From: Chara braunii
Taxonomy: Eukaryota; Plantae; Charophyceae
DNA length: 64,000 bases
Direction: 5' to 3'
NCBI GenBank assembly: GCA_003427395.1
Contig: BFEA01000024.1
Span: 4,617,871 to 4,681,870, forward strand
Shown: positions 60,881-64,000 of the stretch, piece after piece
Position numbering within the stretch: position 1 is the first letter of the stretch
Layout of the letters: each line of letters begins with the position of its first letter
Program-made: the position numbers and the translations under genes
Notes under the pieces: generated by a model
Seen by the model: the letters and a program-made list of their open reading frames with translations, nothing else
Databases searched by the model: none
What the model was told of the DNA's origin: nothing

Positions 60881-63800
60881 TGTCCGCTTGCGTGGCCCCG
60901 CTGCGCCTACTGGTTTCCCGGGCGCCCCCTCCGGTTTACCGTGCCCACCTCTCCTTTCAGCACCAGCGGTCTAAGAAGTAAGGCCCTTGTCGCCAGGTTG
61001 GCACGATGCAAAGCCCGGATTAGAAGTGTGGGCGGCCCAGTAGCAGTCCCGGGTTGAAACCGCGAAAGATAGCCAACCCGTGTCGATGCAAGTCCAGAAT
61101 CGCAGTGCGAGCGAGCGCAGGGCTGGTCAGGTACCCAAGGTTGAGGAGCGAGCTCGGCACTGCTGTGGAAAACGGGCCGCCGCGCCCATAGACCGGACTC
61201 CTCGGGGTTTGAGCTCGACAGGGCTCAAAAGCGGGCCCGACACAACAGACCCGAGCCTTTGAAGTTTGGAACAGACAAGCTCAGAAACGAACAAACTGAC
61301 GCCTGCCACAAACCGGTTACAGCGAGCTTCGAAGAGCGCATGTACGCAGGCTCGAAATTGAGTTCGACTCACAAAGGTTCCTGAGAAGAAGCTGCCACTT
61401 TCAATTCTTTATAGTCTGGAACAGACTTGAACCGGTTTAGAAACGAGTTTGACTCCACAGAGCTTCAGAAAATGAAATGCCATCTCCGACTCTTTAAGAT
61501 TTTTGGAACAAACGTGAACAGGTTCAGGCACGAGTTAGACACGACGGGACTTCGAATAACGAGATGCCACCTCTGACTCTTTAAAATTTTGAAACAGACT
61601 TGAACGGGTTCAGGCACGAGTTTGACGCGACGGGGCTTAAGAAGACGAAATGCCACCTCTGTCTTCCGAGGTTTTGGGCAGACTAGGACAGGCTCAAAAA
61701 GGACCTCGACATATTAACGACCACCTCTGACTCTTTGAGATTATGGGACAGACTTGAACGAGTTTGACACGACAAAGCTTCGGAAAAATGAAATGCCACC
61801 TCTGACTTCCGAGGTTTTGGACAGACTAGAACAGGCTAAAAAACGACCTTGACATATTTAAGCTGCAGAAAGCGAAATGCCACCTTCGACTCTTTAAAAG
61901 CTTGGAACAGACTTGAACAGGTTCAGAAAAAAGTTCGGCATATTAAAGCCGCAGAGAACGAAATGGGACCTTCAACTCTTTAAAAGCTTGGATCTGTCTG
62001 GTTAGAGAGCTTCGAAGCGCGAGAGTGGGCCGAGCTCGGAAACGAGCCAACTCTCGTAAAAGTTACGGCCCTCTCCCTTCCTCCTCTCCCTCCCTCGCCA
62101 ACTCTTCCCTTCGCGGGGCGGCTCGATCAGATTGCGGAGAAAGGGGACAGGGGAACAACGAAATTTACACTTTCAGACTGTAATGTAGCTCGACATGCGA
62201 TAGCTGTCCAAAGAGAGAAGGGAAATGCACTGACATCACACCGAAAGAGAATTGAAGCAGCAGACTCGATTTACCAATGAAAGCGCAATCTCGCCACCGC
62301 TGACGAGGCAACAAAAGTGGTGCCCAGACTACTATCCCCCGACTATTCTTCCAGCTGACGTCCCTCGTGAGTCCCACCCGCGGCAGGGCTCAGCGGCCGA
62401 CGCTATCGAACATCGGCCCTTTCGCCCCCACCTCTCGCTCGAGTGCCCGACCGACGCTTCCCTTAAGGATAACCTCATGACCGCCAGACCTACTTCGCCA
62501 TCACCTCCCTTCGCAGCCCCGCCAGGAGAGCTCGCCAACTCCCCCCCTCCTTTCGAGCAGGAAACCTCCCCCTTCCTCCCTCACTCTCCTTCTCTTGTTT
62601 TCTCGCTCTCTCTCTCTCTTCCTCTTGCTCTCTCTCTCACTCTCTCTTTCCCTCTTTCTCTCTTTTTCTCGCTCTCTCTCTCAATTTATTTTTTTTTTCT
62701 CTCTCTCTCTCTTTCTCTCACCTTCTCTCTCACTCTCTCTTTCTCTCTCTCTCTCTTTCTCTCGCTCTCTCTCTCCTNNNNNNNNNNNNNNNNNNNNNNN
62801 NNNNNNNNNNNNNNNNNNNNNNNNNNNNNNNNNNNNNNNNNNNNNNNNNNNNNNNNNNNNNNNNNNNNNNNNNNNNNNNNNNNNNNNNNNNNNNNNNNNN
62901 NNNNNNNNNNNNNNNNNNNNNNNNNNNNNNNNNNNNNNNNNNNNNNNNNNNNNNNNNNNNNNNNNNNNNNNNNNNNNNNNNNNNNNNNNNNNNNNNNNNN
63001 NNNNNNNNNNNNNNNNNNNNNNNNNNNNNNNNNNNNNNNNNNNNNNNNNNNNNNNNNNNNNNNNNNNNNNNNNNNNNNNNNNNNNNNNNNNNNNNNNNNN
63101 NNNNNNNNNNNNNNNNNNNNNNNNNNNNNNNNNNNNNNNNNNNNNNNNNNNNNNNNNNNNNNNNNNNNNNNNNNNNNNNNNNNNNNNNNNNNNNNNNNNN
63201 NNNNNNNNNNNNNNNNNNNNNNNNNNNNNNNNNNNNNNNNNNNNNNNNNNNNNNNNNNNNNNNNNNNNNNNCGCCCCCCCCTTTTTTCTCTTCCTCCGCT
63301 CTCTTCCTTATATATTCTCACTATCCCTCTCTCTTCCCCTCGCTCCGATCCTCGCTCCTTCGCTTCCGCCAATCAGACCACTCTTCAATCTCACTCGGTC
63401 ACCCGCCAATAGTTCACAAAATTTTTCATAGTTTTTCGCTATTCTCTTAGTACATCCGCGCTGGCGATCCGCCAAATTTTCCATACTTTCCCGCTTCTTA
63501 CCCACGATCCGTCCTCACCCCTCCTTGCCTGATCACTGCACCGGTTATGAGCGCGTTTCTCCGCTTCTGCATGTTTTAGCCTAGTCTCGACGTAAGCTCT
63601 CTTGCTTCCTAGCTCGCTTTTGTCTTGGTCGTGCTCTCACTCCGGACTGCCCGTTCATCTCCCTCCCCACGTTTAGCAACCCTGCATGGGGCTCGTTCCC
63701 TGACCTCGGTTCTACCCAAAACAGTCTGCTCTTCTGCTGGAGTAATTTGCATCCGGACGATTTTCGATCTAGGTACGTTCGCACAATTGTCGATCTGTTC

Positions 63801-64000
63801 GCCCTGTTTGTTGCTCGCACTCGAGCCAGCCCGTTCTCCTTCGCTTGCCGAGCTCGCACCTGGCCGGCTCTTTGATCACTGCACATTCGCACTCTCGTCA
63901 GTTGGTTCGCTTGTATCAGTCCGTTCACCTTCGCTTGCCGAGCGTGCACCTAGCTGGTTCATTCACACTCTCGTCAATTGGTTTGCTCTCTCTGTTCTTG
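60881..64000 (-). repeat. 5' LTR (partial, continues beyond the window)
   Basis: Ends ...CAAGCGGACA next to the PBS and is homologous to both pieces of the 3' LTR. TATA-like TATATAA at 63314-63308 (56706-56712 in the other copy). Confidence 0.9.

Larger units (their letters stand above)
30681..64000 (-). mobile_element. Giant Ty3/Gypsy (non-chromovirus-like) LTR retrotransposon with internal inversion and two nested DNA transposons; continues beyond the window
   Basis: 5' LTR (>64000 to 60881) and tRNA-Asp PBS lie on the minus strand. The 3' LTR is split into 54619-57786 (+) and 32142-30681 (-). gag-PR-RT-RH-IN lie in the inverted segment. Confidence 0.85.

Overview
Repeat-rich eukaryotic genomic DNA with five N gaps. 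The spliced plant-type gene, huge TE-filled introns, GA/CT microsatellites and tRNA-Asp-primed Ty3/Gypsy elements suggest a streptophyte such as Chara (inference only). One host gene is visible: the first two coding exons (minus strand, 18279-17278 and 14671-14573) of a branched-chain aminotransferase-like protein with an N-terminal sulfotransferase-like domain. Its second intron appears to run off the left edge and holds a ~4.9 kb solo-LTR-like sequence and a LINE 3' fragment. 20945-27990 is a 5'-truncated Ty3/Gypsy element with a PHD finger between RNase H and integrase, plus an extra 3' ORF. 30681 to >64000 is one giant Ty3/Gypsy element with ~4.7 kb LTRs and a tRNA-Asp PBS. It carries ~6.5 kb of tightly packed, overlapping, partly paralogous unknown ORFs between the PBS and gag. 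A ~25.6 kb internal inversion (32143-57786) splits one of these ORFs and the 3' LTR. Its gag is interrupted by a hAT-like element (8-bp TSD) and, 24 bp away, by a ~9.65 kb foldback-like element (7-bp TSD) whose arms are inverted 80-bp satellite arrays with a 320-bp higher-order period. The main novelty candidates are the accessory-ORF cassette and the Pol-internal PHD finger.
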